Virus record (IMG/VR): IMGVR_UViG_2531839583_000010
Strand: one strand, 5' to 3'
Origin: a virus
Taxonomy: Duplodnaviria; Heunggongvirae; Uroviricota; Caudoviricetes
Length of the DNA: 37,852 nt
Positions 1 to 9,833 of this stretch are shown piece by piece (positions within the stretch are counted from its first letter, which is position 1; each line of letters begins with the position of its first letter). Made by a program: the position numbers and the translations under genes. A model generated the notes under the pieces. That model was not told the DNA's origin. It did no database searches and saw only the letters and a program-made list of their open reading frames with translations.

Positions 1-1053
1 TTACGGGGTAATGCCAACCGCTGCCGCCACTTTGTCGCCACTTGGCAGCGTTGCCAGAGGATTGAAACGGAGCGCCGTTTCCAGATGATCCGGTGCCAGA
101 TGTGCGTAACGCATCGTCATTTTTATATCGTGGTGTCCGAGAATTTTTTGTAAGGCCAGAATGTTTCCACCCGACATCATGAAGTGCGCCGCAAACGTAT
201 GGCGCAGAACGTGTGTGAGTTGACCGCGAGGGAGCACGATAGACGTTTTTTCCATCACGGATAAAAATTGAAAATAGCAGTCTGTGAAGAAATTGAACCC
301 ATCAAGCGCCATGATCTCTTCGTAAAGCTCTTTACTGATAGGGATGCTTCTGTTTTTCTTCCCTTTCGTTCTGACAAAGGTAATTCGGTATTTAGTCACC
401 TGTGAACGGGTAAGATTTATTGCTTCTCGCCAGCGTGCGCCTGTGCTTAAGCAGATCTTGACTACCAGTGCCAGAATTGGGTCCTGACGTTTGCAATCAG
501 CCAGCAATTCAACAATCTGTTCATGGGTAAGCCATGCCATCTCTTTTTCTGCGATGGTGAATTTTCGCATGTTCTCCAGTGGGTTCGGATACGACCATTC
601 GCCCAGGCGGGATAGTTCGCTAAAAACACTACTTAGATAGCTTTGCTCCAGGTTAACGGTGACCGGGCTTGCTCCTTTCTTCCATTTTTCGCTGAAGTAG
701 ATCTCTCCTGTCAGGCGTTTATCTCTATAGTGGGCAAACATTTTAGAGGTGAGATCGGTTGCAATGGGATTTCCCAGAGCGTCAACCATCAACAGCAATT
801 TGTCATAGACATGCTGCCCAGCCGTCAGAGATTTACCATGTAGTTTGAACCATAGCTCAACCACGTCTTTCAGTGTTCGACGATCCACTGATTCACCCAG
901 CCAGGGTTTTGCTTCGGTTTCTTCCATCGTGTGACGCTCAAAAGCCAGAGCTTCGCCTTTGGTGGCGAATTGTTTACGCACACGACGTCCACTACGTCCG
1001 GCGGGGTAACATTCGCAAAGCCATTTTCCTGTGGTGAGTTTTCGTACTGCCAT
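1..1053 (-). CDS. int: Tyrosine integrase (P2/186 family)
   Basis: 350-aa ORF; C-terminal region HVLRHTFAAHFMMSGG...HHDIKMTMRYAHL matches the tyrosine recombinase R-H-R-Y catalytic box; sits at the prophage edge. The last ~6 codons lie left of the att core. Confidence 0.9.
   Translation of the reverse strand: MAVRKLTTGKWLCECYPAGRSGRRVRKQFATKGEALAFERHTMEETEAKPWLGESVDRRTLKDVVELWFKLHGKSLTAGQHVYDKLLLMVDALGNPIATDLTSKMFAHYRDKRLTGEIYFSEKWKKGASPVTVNLEQSYLSSVFSELSRLGEWSYPNPLENMRKFTIAEKEMAWLTHEQIVELLADCKRQDPILALVVKICLSTGARWREAINLTRSQVTKYRITFVRTKGKKNRSIPISKELYEEIMALDGFNFFTDCYFQFLSVMEKTSIVLPRGQLTHVLRHTFAAHFMMSGGNILALQKILGHHDIKMTMRYAHLAPDHLETALRFNPLATLPSGDKVAAAVGITP
19..40. repeat. Putative attL core (cgctgccgccaCtttgtcgcca), inside the 3' end of int
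   Basis: 21 of 22 nt identical to 34988-35009, which lies immediately after the ogr stop; seen directly in the sequence. Confidence 0.45.
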
Positions 1054-1131
1054 AAAAAATGCCCTCCAATAGAGAGCATTTTTACTGTATGTATAACCAG
1101 TGTCAATGTATGATGCTTGAGGTTACATACA

Positions 1132-1503
1132 TCATAAGTACCGATATGATTGCGGGGCCGTTATGTTATCACCTAATGAACTTAGATGAAGCGGTTGATC
1201 ATAGATTTTTAAATTGCCAATTTCTATAGCAAAGGCTTTTTCTTTGCTATGAAAATATGAGTCAAAAAATTGTTTGCTGATACCTGCGTATTGGCTTGTT
1301 TTTTCCCATACAATACTTGGCTTGTCTTCTATAACGTCTGCAATGTCAAATTCAGCAACAACTTTACCGACAGGCATTGTTGAATAAATAACCACAGATT
1401 TTACATCCGGGTTTTTGAAAAGACCTTTCCTGAATTCAAACTTCTTTGTCCCATTAAGGATCTTTTCAACAAATTCAGGTTTTATTGACAATAATACTTT
1501 CAT
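1132..1503 (-). CDS. ASCH-domain (PUA-like fold) protein, cargo gene 3 of the cI-int cassette
   Basis: 123 aa; N-terminus LLSIKPEFVEKILNGTKKFEFRK resembles the ASCH signature (LSIkPeya..Il.GkKt.E.R); overlaps the upstream gene by 29 nt. Homology is recalled, not searched. Confidence 0.6.
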   Translation of the reverse strand: MKVLLSIKPEFVEKILNGTKKFEFRKGLFKNPDVKSVVIYSTMPVGKVVAEFDIADVIEDKPSIVWEKTSQYAGISKQFFDSYFHSKEKAFAIEIGNLKIYDQPLHLSSLGDNITAPQSYRYL

Positions 1504-2554
1504 CTACAGCACCAAGTTTAATTATATCGTCAAATTGCTTATCGGTTAATTTAACAACACCCCAACGGTTTTTAGGATTCAAACCAATTTCTTTAATTAG
1601 TTTAGCACGATTTATTCTTTTAGGTAAAGCTAGATTATATGTAAAACTAATAATGTAAGGGTATCTTCTTGTTTGATAAAATTTTTTCAATTCATTTTCA
1701 GAAAATACACTGTATCGTGCACAATATTGTATGAATTCATTTTCATTATGAAAAGAATCAATATATCTAATATCTTCAACTACACATAATGACGTTGCGA
1801 CAGAACGATAGTATGCTCTGTTCTCTTCGTCACTTGTTCTGTAAATAACTAAGATGTCATGTTTTTTTATTTTTTTTACATCATACATTCTACATATATA
1901 TATTTTTCTAATGCTATTAGCATGAGATACATCCGTGATTATATCTGGAGATTCAGTGACGAGTTTTGAATCAGGAAAAAGTTTTGTATGAAATTCAGGG
2001 TGTATTGACAATAGGTATTTATTCTCATTATTTTTATTATTTATATATGGGTAATCAGAAAGTATATCACCCGTGAGGTGATTTCTATTCATCTCTCTTA
2101 CTAAAACATTTTCTATACCATTTGCGGTTTTTTTTGTGCCATGAAGAATGAATCCATAAAGTTTGAATAGTTTTATTAGATATTCATGTTTTTCAAATAC
2201 AGTAACGTAAATATCATTAACTCTTTCTTTTAAAGCATGATCAAATATTTTTTTTAAAAAACGTTGCCCTCGTAATGTTTTTTTTGTATTGAACTTAAAG
2301 GTTCCAATTTTCAAATGTTTATGATTGATAATTGATGGGGTGACATCAGTTATTTTACCGAATTCAATTTTTAAATACATAAAACCATCAATGGTATTAT
2401 CGTCATTATAAAGCACATATGCTTTTTCTTCTGGATTAAGACTTTTTCTGTTGAACCATTCAATAAAACCGTGTTCATAGTCATTCTTTAACGAATCAAA
2501 AAATGTATCGTCAAAATTTACTTGACTGAATGGAATAAGTTTTAAATTTTCCAT
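1475..2554 (-). CDS. Hypothetical two-domain protein; C-terminal half has an ASCH-like motif, N-terminal half has weak GNAT-like features
   Basis: 359-aa ORF in an AT-rich island; C-terminal segment LLSIHPEFHTKLF...ILVIYRTSDEE echoes the neighbouring ASCH start; the N-terminal RGQRFLKKIFDHAL stretch only loosely resembles GNAT motif A. Confidence 0.5.
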   Translation of the reverse strand: MENLKLIPFSQVNFDDTFFDSLKNDYEHGFIEWFNRKSLNPEEKAYVLYNDDNTIDGFMYLKIEFGKITDVTPSIINHKHLKIGTFKFNTKKTLRGQRFLKKIFDHALKERVNDIYVTVFEKHEYLIKLFKLYGFILHGTKKTANGIENVLVREMNRNHLTGDILSDYPYINNKNNENKYLLSIHPEFHTKLFPDSKLVTESPDIITDVSHANSIRKIYICRMYDVKKIKKHDILVIYRTSDEENRAYYRSVATSLCVVEDIRYIDSFHNENEFIQYCARYSVFSENELKKFYQTRRYPYIISFTYNLALPKRINRAKLIKEIGLNPKNRWGVVKLTDKQFDDIIKLGAVDESIIVNKT

Positions 2555-2581
2555 GTTGCCCCCTGTTTAATTATTGTGAGA

Positions 2582-3646
2582 TTATTTTCTATAGGTCCAA
2601 AGGTGAATAATTATATATATTACAATAGCTAAAATTGCCCCACCGATATAATATGTGCTTGTCGGTATAAATTTAAGAATAAAAGCAAAGGCAGCACCAT
2701 ATATCAAGTACGCAAAAATTTTACTGAATTTGGTTTTCGTGTTTTTAAACTTCACAACAACAGAGAAGTCATTTAGTGTTGTTTCATTATCATTAACAAT
2801 CTTCCAATGGTAAATCATAGGGTCGTGATCACCAAATGAAATACCTTTTTCGAAATATTTTGTCCATGTTTCAGACTCTAATATTCTACATCCTTTATAA
2901 CTTGAGCCAGATGCTGAACATTCATCAACAATATCTCTTATTATAAACAAATGTATTTTTAAAGGTGTGCAAGCGGCGCTCGCCAGAGTTGTAGCAATTT
3001 CTGAAGGTAGGTTTCTTTGTTCATTGATCCTAAAATCAATAATATCAGAACGCTCAATATTACTTTTGAGAAAGAGATCTTTTGGATAAAATGTTTTTAC
3101 TAAAACACCTATATCTTCATTGTTGAGTTTAACTCGAAATCTTAAATAATGTGGAGCATCCTCTGACGATAGGCAATCTTTTAGCTTGAAAACAATGAAG
3201 GTGCCATTATGTATTTTAGTTACCTTAACCCTACGATCAAGTTCGCCACCACTAAAGGTCAGATTTGTATTAACAACTAAATCACCTTTATTCGCAAGTT
3301 CTAATTTTGAATGTCTGACGTCTACTGTTTTTGTATTAATAAGATATTCATTAAAAACAGCTGTTACGAGATCTCGGCTTGACTCGAGATTTTTACTAAG
3401 ATCAGAAAAAAAACAATTTTCCTTCTCAAATGGTAAAAATATGCATATTGCACCATGATTTGCAATGGTGTCGTCATCAGGTTTTTTAAACGTAATACCA
3501 AAATCTAAATAACAAAATTTATGAGCACTTATATTCCAAAAATTTATGTGTAACTCATTAATAAAATTATTGCGTTCAGGGTTATAGGTCGAACTCGAAT
3601 TGCTCCTATAATCCCTACATCCCCAGATAGCAAAACTTTTTGACAT
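2582..3646 (-). CDS. Hypothetical protein with a large soluble N-domain and two C-terminal transmembrane helices
   Basis: 354-aa ORF; C-terminus IFAYLIYGAAFAFILKFI...YYIGGAILAIVIYIIIHLW has two hydrophobic helices; no recognised catalytic motif. Confidence 0.5.
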   Translation of the reverse strand: MSKSFAIWGCRDYRSNSSSTYNPERNNFINELHINFWNISAHKFCYLDFGITFKKPDDDTIANHGAICIFLPFEKENCFFSDLSKNLESSRDLVTAVFNEYLINTKTVDVRHSKLELANKGDLVVNTNLTFSGGELDRRVKVTKIHNGTFIVFKLKDCLSSEDAPHYLRFRVKLNNEDIGVLVKTFYPKDLFLKSNIERSDIIDFRINEQRNLPSEIATTLASAACTPLKIHLFIIRDIVDECSASGSSYKGCRILESETWTKYFEKGISFGDHDPMIYHWKIVNDNETTLNDFSVVVKFKNTKTKFSKIFAYLIYGAAFAFILKFIPTSTYYIGGAILAIVIYIIIHLWTYRK

Positions 3647-3674
3647 AAATATTTCCTTATATCATAGTAAATTA

Positions 3675-4328
3675 TTATACATCTGATAATACTTTTCGAT
3701 AGCATCTTGCGATGGGTTTTATATCGTCAAGCATACATTCAAAAAATGTTTGACCACTGCTAACTTTTACTCTCCCAACTGGAATTCTAACCAGATCACG
3801 AGAACTTATTTTTCCTTCTATTTCAACAATCCATTTCCCATCAATAATTTCATCAAATTTCATGTCTACCAGATAATTATCTGATAACTCAGAAAATATT
3901 GCGGGGGTAATCATATCCACCGGGAGCAAATCTTTATCAAAAATGTAAGAGGAATCACCTTGTAGCTTGCCATCTACTATTTTGTAATGTGGCAATTTTA
4001 TACCTTCTTTCGTTGCTTTAAGACGAGGAGAACCAACACCAGACACTAACCATTCGAGAGACACTCCCGTTTCTAGAGCGCACTGAATTACCCAATCAGC
4101 TGGAAAAATATCACGCATATAGCGCGTTGCCATGGTGCTCTTAGAAACACCTAAATGATCACAGAGAGCCTGACGGGTACCGAACCCATATGCTTCAACT
4201 AAACGTTCTATAGCTTTCTTACCGCCGCTATTGAAATCCACAAGTCCTCCAAAGAAATCCAAAACTCGTTGACAGATTCCAAAAGCGATCTTAAAGTTGA
4301 ACCAGAAGTGTTCTTTTGGAGCCTTCAC
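3675..4328 (-). CDS. cI: CI-type immunity repressor (phage 186 family, HTH)
   Basis: HTH region ERLVEAYGFGTRQALCDHLGVSKSTMATRY...CALETGVSLEWLVSGVG resembles the 186 CI N-domain; divergent from apl/cII as in 186. The true start may be internal (ORF is about 25 aa longer than expected). Confidence 0.7.
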   Translation of the reverse strand: MKAPKEHFWFNFKIAFGICQRVLDFFGGLVDFNSGGKKAIERLVEAYGFGTRQALCDHLGVSKSTMATRYMRDIFPADWVIQCALETGVSLEWLVSGVGSPRLKATKEGIKLPHYKIVDGKLQGDSSYIFDKDLLPVDMITPAIFSELSDNYLVDMKFDEIIDGKWIVEIEGKISSRDLVRIPVGRVKVSSGQTFFECMLDDIKPIARCYRKVLSDV

Positions 4329-4386
4329 TACTAATCACGACAAACAACGGCTCGCCAAAAGCCATATCTAGAAGGAATATTGCCTT

Positions 4387-4590
4387 ATGACACCTAACAT
4401 TTCAATTACTCTGAATACACCACATGTCACAATCGAACGTTATAGCGAACTGACTGGCCTTGCTATTGATACGATTAACGACATGTTGGCTGATGGCCGA
4501 CTACCTCGTCATCGTCTTCGTAAAGACAAAAAACGTGAAAAGGTAATGATTAACCTGGCTGCTCTGACTGTTGATGCTTTGTCTGTTTAA
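4387..4590 (+). CDS. apl: Apl/Cox-like excisionase-transcriptional regulator
   Basis: 67-aa ORF, first gene of the early rightward operon directly opposite cI; positional and size analogy to 186 Apl / P2 Cox. Confidence 0.55.
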   Translation: MTPNISITLNTPHVTIERYSELTGLAIDTINDMLADGRLPRHRLRKDKKREKVMINLAALTVDALSV

Positions 4591-4645
4591 TAGACGTCTA
4601 TTTTCGCAATAAGACGCTGAGTTCGATTTTGCGATAAGTTCGGAG

Positions 4646-5164
4646 TTGAAAACCATGTTTGATTACCAAGTTTCCAAACATCCACATTTTGATGAAGCCT
4701 GTCGTGCATTTGCACTGCGCCACAATCTGGTGCAACTGGCAGAACGTGCAGGCATGAATGTGCAGATTCTGCGGAACAAGCTGAACCCAGCTCAGCCTCA
4801 TTTATTAACCGCACCAGAAATCTGGCTGCTTACCGATCTGACTGAAGATTCAACGCTGGTAGATGGTTTTCTGGCACAGATTCATTGTCTGCCATGTGTA
4901 CCGATTAATGAGGTGGCAAAAGAGAAACTGCCACATTACGTCATGAGTGCAACCGCAGAGATCGGGCGTGTTGCTGCAGGTGCGGTGTCTGGCGATGTAA
5001 AAACCTGTGCCGGTCGTCGTGATGCTATCAGCAGCATTAACTCTGTAACACGACTGATGGCGCTGGCGGCTGTTTCATTGCAGGCCCGTTTACAGGCTAA
5101 TCCTGCGATGGCGAGTGCAGTTGATACCGTGACTGGCCTCGGTGCTTCATTTGGTTTGCTGTGA
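4646..5164 (+). CDS. cII: CII-like lysogeny establishment regulator (186 type)
   Basis: 172 aa; [23 protein letters not shown]...[25 protein letters not shown] matches recalled 186 CII. The start may be the ATG at 4655. Confidence 0.75.
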   Translation: MKTMFDYQVSKHPHFDEACRAFALRHNLVQLAERAGMNVQILRNKLNPAQPHLLTAPEIWLLTDLTEDSTLVDGFLAQIHCLPCVPINEVAKEKLPHYVMSATAEIGRVAAGAVSGDVKTCAGRRDAISSINSVTRLMALAAVSLQARLQANPAMASAVDTVTGLGASFGLL

Positions 5165-5171
5165 GGTGCTT

Positions 5172-5372
5172 ATGCTGACGAAAGAACCATCATTTGCATC
5201 GCTGCTGGTTAAACAAAGCCCGGCAATGCATTACGGTCACGGCTGGATCATGGGGGAGGATGGTAAACGCTGGCATCCGTGCCGTTCACAAGATGAATTG
5301 CTGGCAGAACTATCTACGAAAAAACGGGGGAACAAATGGCTATTGAAGGCGCTGCGGCGACTGTTCCATTAA
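5172..5372 (+). CDS. Hypothetical early protein
   Basis: ORF with GAGGTG Shine-Dalgarno 5 nt upstream of ATG 5172; position equivalent to 186 fil / P2 orf78. Confidence 0.45.
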   Translation: MLTKEPSFASLLVKQSPAMHYGHGWIMGEDGKRWHPCRSQDELLAELSTKKRGNKWLLKALRRLFH

Positions 5373-5677
5373 GCCCCGGTGAACGCCTGAATGGACTTAA
5401 TCACATAGCGGAATTAAGGGCGAAAGTTTTTGGCCTGAATATTGAGTCAGAGCTTGAGCGGTTTATTAAAGATATGCGTGATCCACGGGATATCAATAAT
5501 GAACAAAATAAACGGGCACTAGCTGCCATTTTCTTTATGGCAAAAATTCCAGCTGAACGTCATAGCATCAGCATTAATGAGCTGACCACTGACGAAAAGC
5601 GGGAGTTGATTAAAGCAATGAATCATTTTCGTGCAGTGGTGAGCTTATTTCCCAGACGGCTAACCATGCCGAATTAA
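5336..5677 (+). CDS. Hypothetical early protein
   Basis: 113-aa ORF in the early operon; overlaps the previous gene. Confidence 0.45.
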   Translation: MAIEGAAATVPLSPGERLNGLNHIAELRAKVFGLNIESELERFIKDMRDPRDINNEQNKRALAAIFFMAKIPAERHSISINELTTDEKRELIKAMNHFRAVVSLFPRRLTMPN

Positions 5678-5744
5678 CCAACTAATGAAATTAATGGCGT
5701 AAACCCGCCGGGCATCCCTTTATCTAAATTCAGGAGAATTGATT

Positions 5745-5978
5745 ATGCGTAATATTGAAACCCTCTCGACCAAAACCGGACCGGATGACGCAGGGCTTAA
5801 TATTTTACTGACAGAGGCTCGTCTGGAAGAACGCCGGGCAAGGGCTGAAGCAATGGCAGCTCGCCTTGATAGCCTGGCGTGTCATATCACATCCCGCCAG
5901 CTAACCCACGTCGAAGCGGCAGAACTGCTTCGTGTGACTGCTGAAGCAATCCAGAACGAAGCGCAGGAGATCCACTAA
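5745..5978 (+). CDS. Hypothetical early protein
   Basis: ATG 5745 preceded by AGGAG; its stop overlaps the next start (TAATG). Confidence 0.45.
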   Translation: MRNIETLSTKTGPDDAGLNILLTEARLEERRARAEAMAARLDSLACHITSRQLTHVEAAELLRVTAEAIQNEAQEIH

Positions 5979-6205
5979 TGGCTGATGCAATGGATCTCGT
6001 ACAGCAGCGCGTTGAAGAAGAACGCCAACGCCATATCCGTGCTGCCCGTGCCAAAACGCCGGGCGTGTCCCGCGTGCTTTGCATTGAGTGTGAAGCGCCA
6101 ATTCCGCCAGCACGCCGCCGTGCCATTCCGGGTGTGCAGCTTTGCATTACCTGTCAGGAAATCGCAGAGCTGAAAGGCAAACATTACAACGGAGGTGCTG
6201 TATGA
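5978..6205 (+). CDS. TraR/DksA-family C4 zinc-finger protein
   Basis: 75 aa with CIECEAPIP...CITCQE (C-x2-C...C-x2-C), typical of P2 orf82-like TraR/DksA proteins. Confidence 0.65.
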   Translation: MADAMDLVQQRVEEERQRHIRAARAKTPGVSRVLCIECEAPIPPARRRAIPGVQLCITCQEIAELKGKHYNGGAV

Positions 6206-7020
6206 GCACCATCCTGAAATGGGCGGGAAATAAAACTGCCATAATGTCCGAACTGAAAAAACATCTTCCTGCTGGCCCGCGACTGGTTGAACCTTTCGCG
6301 GGTTCCTGTGCTGTGATGATGGAGACGGATTATCCCAGCTATCTGGTTGCGGATATTAATCCTGATTTAATCAACCTCTATAAAAAGGTTGCCGCTGATT
6401 GTGAATCGTTTATATCTCGCGCCAGAGTTTTATTTGAGATCGCAAACAGGGAGGTGGCTTATTACAACATAAGGCAGGAGTTTAATTACTCAACTGAAAT
6501 TACTGATTTCATGAAAGCGGTATATTTCCTGTATCTCAATCGTCACGGTTACCGTGGTTTATGTCGCTATAACAAGAGCGGGCATTTCAACATTCCCTAC
6601 GGTAATTATAAAAATCCGTATTTCCCTGAAAAAGAAATTCGCGCTTTTGCAGAAAAAGCCCAGCGAGCAACGTTTATCTGCGCCAGCTTTGATGAAACGC
6701 TGGCGATGTTGAAGGCGGGGGATGTGGTGTATTGCGATCCGCCTTATGACGGTACGTTTTCCGGCTATCACACTGATGGTTTCACTGAAGATGACCAGTA
6801 TCACCTGGCATCTGTTCTTGAACATCGATCATCAGAAGGACATGCGGTCATTGTTTCTAACAGTGACACATCCCTGATCCGTTCGCTGTATCGCAATTTT
6901 ACTCACCACTACATCAAGGCAAAACGCAGCATCGGCGTAGCAGCTGGTGAGAGTAAATCTGCAACAGAAATCATCGCTGTTTCCGGGCCACGCTGCTGGG
7001 TGGAATTTGGTGGAATTTGA
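6202..7020 (+). CDS. dam: DNA adenine methyltransferase (Dam-like, D12 class N6-adenine MTase)
   Basis: N-terminus LKWAGNK...[10 protein letters not shown] (AdoMet motif) and catalytic DPPY ([10 protein letters not shown]); GGAGG Shine-Dalgarno before ATG 6202. The longer track ORF from 6142 is rejected. Confidence 0.85.
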   Translation: MSTILKWAGNKTAIMSELKKHLPAGPRLVEPFAGSCAVMMETDYPSYLVADINPDLINLYKKVAADCESFISRARVLFEIANREVAYYNIRQEFNYSTEITDFMKAVYFLYLNRHGYRGLCRYNKSGHFNIPYGNYKNPYFPEKEIRAFAEKAQRATFICASFDETLAMLKAGDVVYCDPPYDGTFSGYHTDGFTEDDQYHLASVLEHRSSEGHAVIVSNSDTSLIRSLYRNFTHHYIKAKRSIGVAAGESKSATEIIAVSGPRCWVEFGGI

Positions 7021-7065
7021 TCCTTCGCGTGGCGTGGATAGTTCTGCTGTGTACGAGGTGCGTGT

Positions 7066-9480
7066 ATGAGTCATGACGATATGAGCAACTCTAGCGGCTT
7101 TAACGAGGCCGCTACAGCATTTTCATGGAACGGCCCGAAAAAGGCCATTAACCCTTATCTGGACCCGGCGGAAGTTGCGCCGGAGTCTGCACTTTTAAAC
7201 CTGATCACTCTGTACGCTGCCGATAATGAGCAGGAACAGCTGCGCCGCGATGCACTGAGTGAGCAGGTCTGGGAGCGTTATTTCTTTAATGAATCTCGTG
7301 ATCCTGTCCAGCGCGAAATGGAGCAGGATAAGCTCATTAGCCGGGCAAAGCTGGCGCATGAACAGCAGCGTTTTAACCCGGACATGGTCATTCTGGCGGA
7401 CGTCAGCGCCCAGCCCACCCATATTAGCAAGCCGCTGATGCAACGTATCGAATACTTCAGCAGCCTGGGCAGGCCAAAGGCTTATTCCCGCTATTTGCGT
7501 GAGACGATTAAGCCATGTCTGGAGCGACTGGATTGTGTACGTGACAGTCAGCTGTCTGCTTCTTTCCGTTTTATGGCAAGCCATCAAGGGCTGGAGGGCC
7601 TGCTGATCCTGCCTGAAATGAGTCAGGACCAGGTGAAACGCCTGTCCACCCTGGTAGCTGCGCATATGAGCATGTGCCTTGATGCAGCTTGTGGCGATTT
7701 GTATGCCACCGATGACGTTAAGCCAGAAGAAATCCGCAAGACATGGGAAAAGGTGGCGGCGGAAACCCTGCGTCTGGATGTCATCCCACCTGCGTTTGAG
7801 CAACTCCGTCGGAAAAGAAACCGCCGTAAACCCGTACCCTATGAACTCATTCCGGGTTCGCTGGCGCGTATGTTGTGCGCCGACTGGTGGTATCGGAAAT
7901 TATGGAAGATGCGTTGCGAATGGCGGGAAGAGCAGTTGCGTGCTGTCTGCCTGGTCAGCAAAAAAGCATCTCCCTATGTCAGCTATGAAGCCGTGATGCA
8001 TAAACGTGAGCAGCGCCGTAAGTCGCTGGAGTTTTTCCGTTCTCATGAACTGGTGAACGAAGACGGCGACACGCTGGACATGGAGGATGTGGTAAACGCC
8101 AGCAGCAGCAACCCTGCGCATCGCCGCAATGAGATGATGGCCTGTGTTAAAGGTCTGGAGCTTATCGCGGAAATGCGCGGTGACTGCGCCGTTTTCTATA
8201 CTATCACCTGTCCGTCACGTTTCCATTCCACGCTCAACAACGGCAGACCCAACCCGACCTGGACAAATGCGACGGTAAGACAAAGCAGCGATTATCTGGT
8301 CGGCATGTTTGCTGCATTTCGTAAGGCAATGCACAAAACCGGGTTGCGCTGGTATGGCGTGCGGGTGGCTGAGCCGCACCATGACGGTACTGTGCACTGG
8401 CATCTCATGTGCTTCATGCGTAAAAAAGACCGCCGCGCCATCACTGCATTACTGCGTAAGTTTGCCATCCGTGTAGACCGCGAGGAGCTGGGCAACAACA
8501 CGGGGCCACGCTTTAAGTCTGAGCTGATTAACCCGCGCAAAGGAACACCGACAAGCTACATCGCGAAATACATCAGTAAGAACATTGACGGGCGTGGTCT
8601 GGCTGGCGAGATCAGCAAGGAAACGGGTAAATCCCTGCGTGATAACGCCGAATACGTTAATGCCTGGGCGTCTCTGCATCGTGTTCAGCAGTTCCGCTTC
8701 TTTGGTATTCCGGGACGTCAGGCTTACCGTGAACTTCGCTTGCTGGCTGGTCAGGCGGCAAGGCAACAGGGGGACAAAAAAGCAGGTGCGCTGATACTGG
8801 ATGACCCGCGCCTTGATGCCATCCTGGCTGCTGCTGATGCTGGTTGTTTTGCCACCTACATCATGAAGCAGGGCGGCGTACTGGTTCCCCGTAAATATCA
8901 CCTTATCAGAACCGCTTATGAAATCAACGAAGAGCCGACCGCCTATGGCGATCACGGCATTCGTATTTATGGCATCTGGTCACCCATTGCAGAGGGCAAG
9001 ATCTGCACTCATGCAGTGAAGTGGAAAATGGTTCGTAAGGCCGTTGACGTTCAGGAGGCGGTAGCCGACCAGGGCGCTTGCGCCCCTTGGACTCGTGGCA
9101 ATAACTGTCCCCTTGCTGAAAATTTGTACCAACAAGGGAAAGACAAATCAGCTGATGGGGATACCAGAACGGATATCACCCGTATGGATGACAAGGAGTT
9201 GCACGATTACCTGCACAGTATGAACAAAAAAGAACGCCGGGAACTGGCTGCAAGGTTACGCCTGGTGAAACCGAAACGGCGTAGAGACTACAAACAGCGA
9301 ATTACAGACCATCAACGACAGCAGCTCGTCTATGAACTGAAGTCCAGAGGATTTGATGGCAGCGAGAAAGAGGTCGATTTACTCCTTCGCGGCGGCAGTA
9401 TTCCGTCAGGAGCAGGCCTGCGTATCTTCTATCGGAACCAGCGTTTGCAGGAAGATGATAAGTGGCGGGATCTGTATTAA
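7066..9480 (+). CDS. A: Replication initiation protein A (rolling-circle nickase, P2 gpA-like)
   Basis: 804-aa ORF downstream of the early genes, in the position and size of P2 gene A. Confidence 0.8.
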   Translation: MSHDDMSNSSGFNEAATAFSWNGPKKAINPYLDPAEVAPESALLNLITLYAADNEQEQLRRDALSEQVWERYFFNESRDPVQREMEQDKLISRAKLAHEQQRFNPDMVILADVSAQPTHISKPLMQRIEYFSSLGRPKAYSRYLRETIKPCLERLDCVRDSQLSASFRFMASHQGLEGLLILPEMSQDQVKRLSTLVAAHMSMCLDAACGDLYATDDVKPEEIRKTWEKVAAETLRLDVIPPAFEQLRRKRNRRKPVPYELIPGSLARMLCADWWYRKLWKMRCEWREEQLRAVCLVSKKASPYVSYEAVMHKREQRRKSLEFFRSHELVNEDGDTLDMEDVVNASSSNPAHRRNEMMACVKGLELIAEMRGDCAVFYTITCPSRFHSTLNNGRPNPTWTNATVRQSSDYLVGMFAAFRKAMHKTGLRWYGVRVAEPHHDGTVHWHLMCFMRKKDRRAITALLRKFAIRVDREELGNNTGPRFKSELINPRKGTPTSYIAKYISKNIDGRGLAGEISKETGKSLRDNAEYVNAWASLHRVQQFRFFGIPGRQAYRELRLLAGQAARQQGDKKAGALILDDPRLDAILAAADAGCFATYIMKQGGVLVPRKYHLIRTAYEINEEPTAYGDHGIRIYGIWSPIAEGKICTHAVKWKMVRKAVDVQEAVADQGACAPWTRGNNCPLAENLYQQGKDKSADGDTRTDITRMDDKELHDYLHSMNKKERRELAARLRLVKPKRRRDYKQRITDHQRQQLVYELKSRGFDGSEKEVDLLLRGGSIPSGAGLRIFYRNQRLQEDDKWRDLY

Positions 9481-9573
9481 TTACGCGGGTTAACAATTCG
9501 TGCTCTTAATAATACCAGGCATATCAGGCTGATGAACGTAAAAAAAACGTTTTACATCAGTAAGATTATTATA

Positions 9574-9593
9574 TACTGTAAATATAAACAGTG
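9574..9593. promoter_or_regulatory. LexA (SOS) box CTGT-N8-ACAG
   Basis: tactgtaaatataaacagtg: CTGT at 9576-9579, 8-nt AT spacer, ACAG at 9588-9591; about 45 nt upstream of ORF 9635. Confidence 0.6.
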
Positions 9594-9634
9594 GTTATGT
9601 GTACAGTATTGCTTGTGGTGTCATAGGAGGAAAA

Positions 9635-9823
9635 ATGCAGGACTATTTTTTGGAGTCTTTGAAGCTCCAGCGCATTGATTTTTTTCTTAAGCTTGTAGCG
9701 GCTAGTGAGTGTAGTGATGAAGAGAAGGGGCTGGCTCTGCAGTGGGTTTCTGAATTGACTGATGAACTCATGGCAAAAATCAGAAGCCACGAATACAACC
9801 GCTCAATGGATGTCATCAGCTGA
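9635..9823 (+). CDS. Hypothetical protein, first ORF of the SOS-controlled tum-like module
   Basis: 62-aa ORF with GGAGG Shine-Dalgarno; directly downstream of the LexA box. Confidence 0.45.
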   Translation: MQDYFLESLKLQRIDFFLKLVAASECSDEEKGLALQWVSELTDELMAKIRSHEYNRSMDVIS

Positions 9824-9833
9824 GGTGACTTTT

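Noticed and set aside
6142-6201. Upstream extension of the Dam ORF (track start 6142)
   Set aside because: ATG 6202 has a GGAGG Shine-Dalgarno and is start/stop-coupled to the preceding gene; the extension overlaps that gene and adds non-homologous residues.
7195-7803. 202-aa minus-strand ORF inside replication gene A
   Set aside because: Antisense overlap with a confident 804-aa gene.
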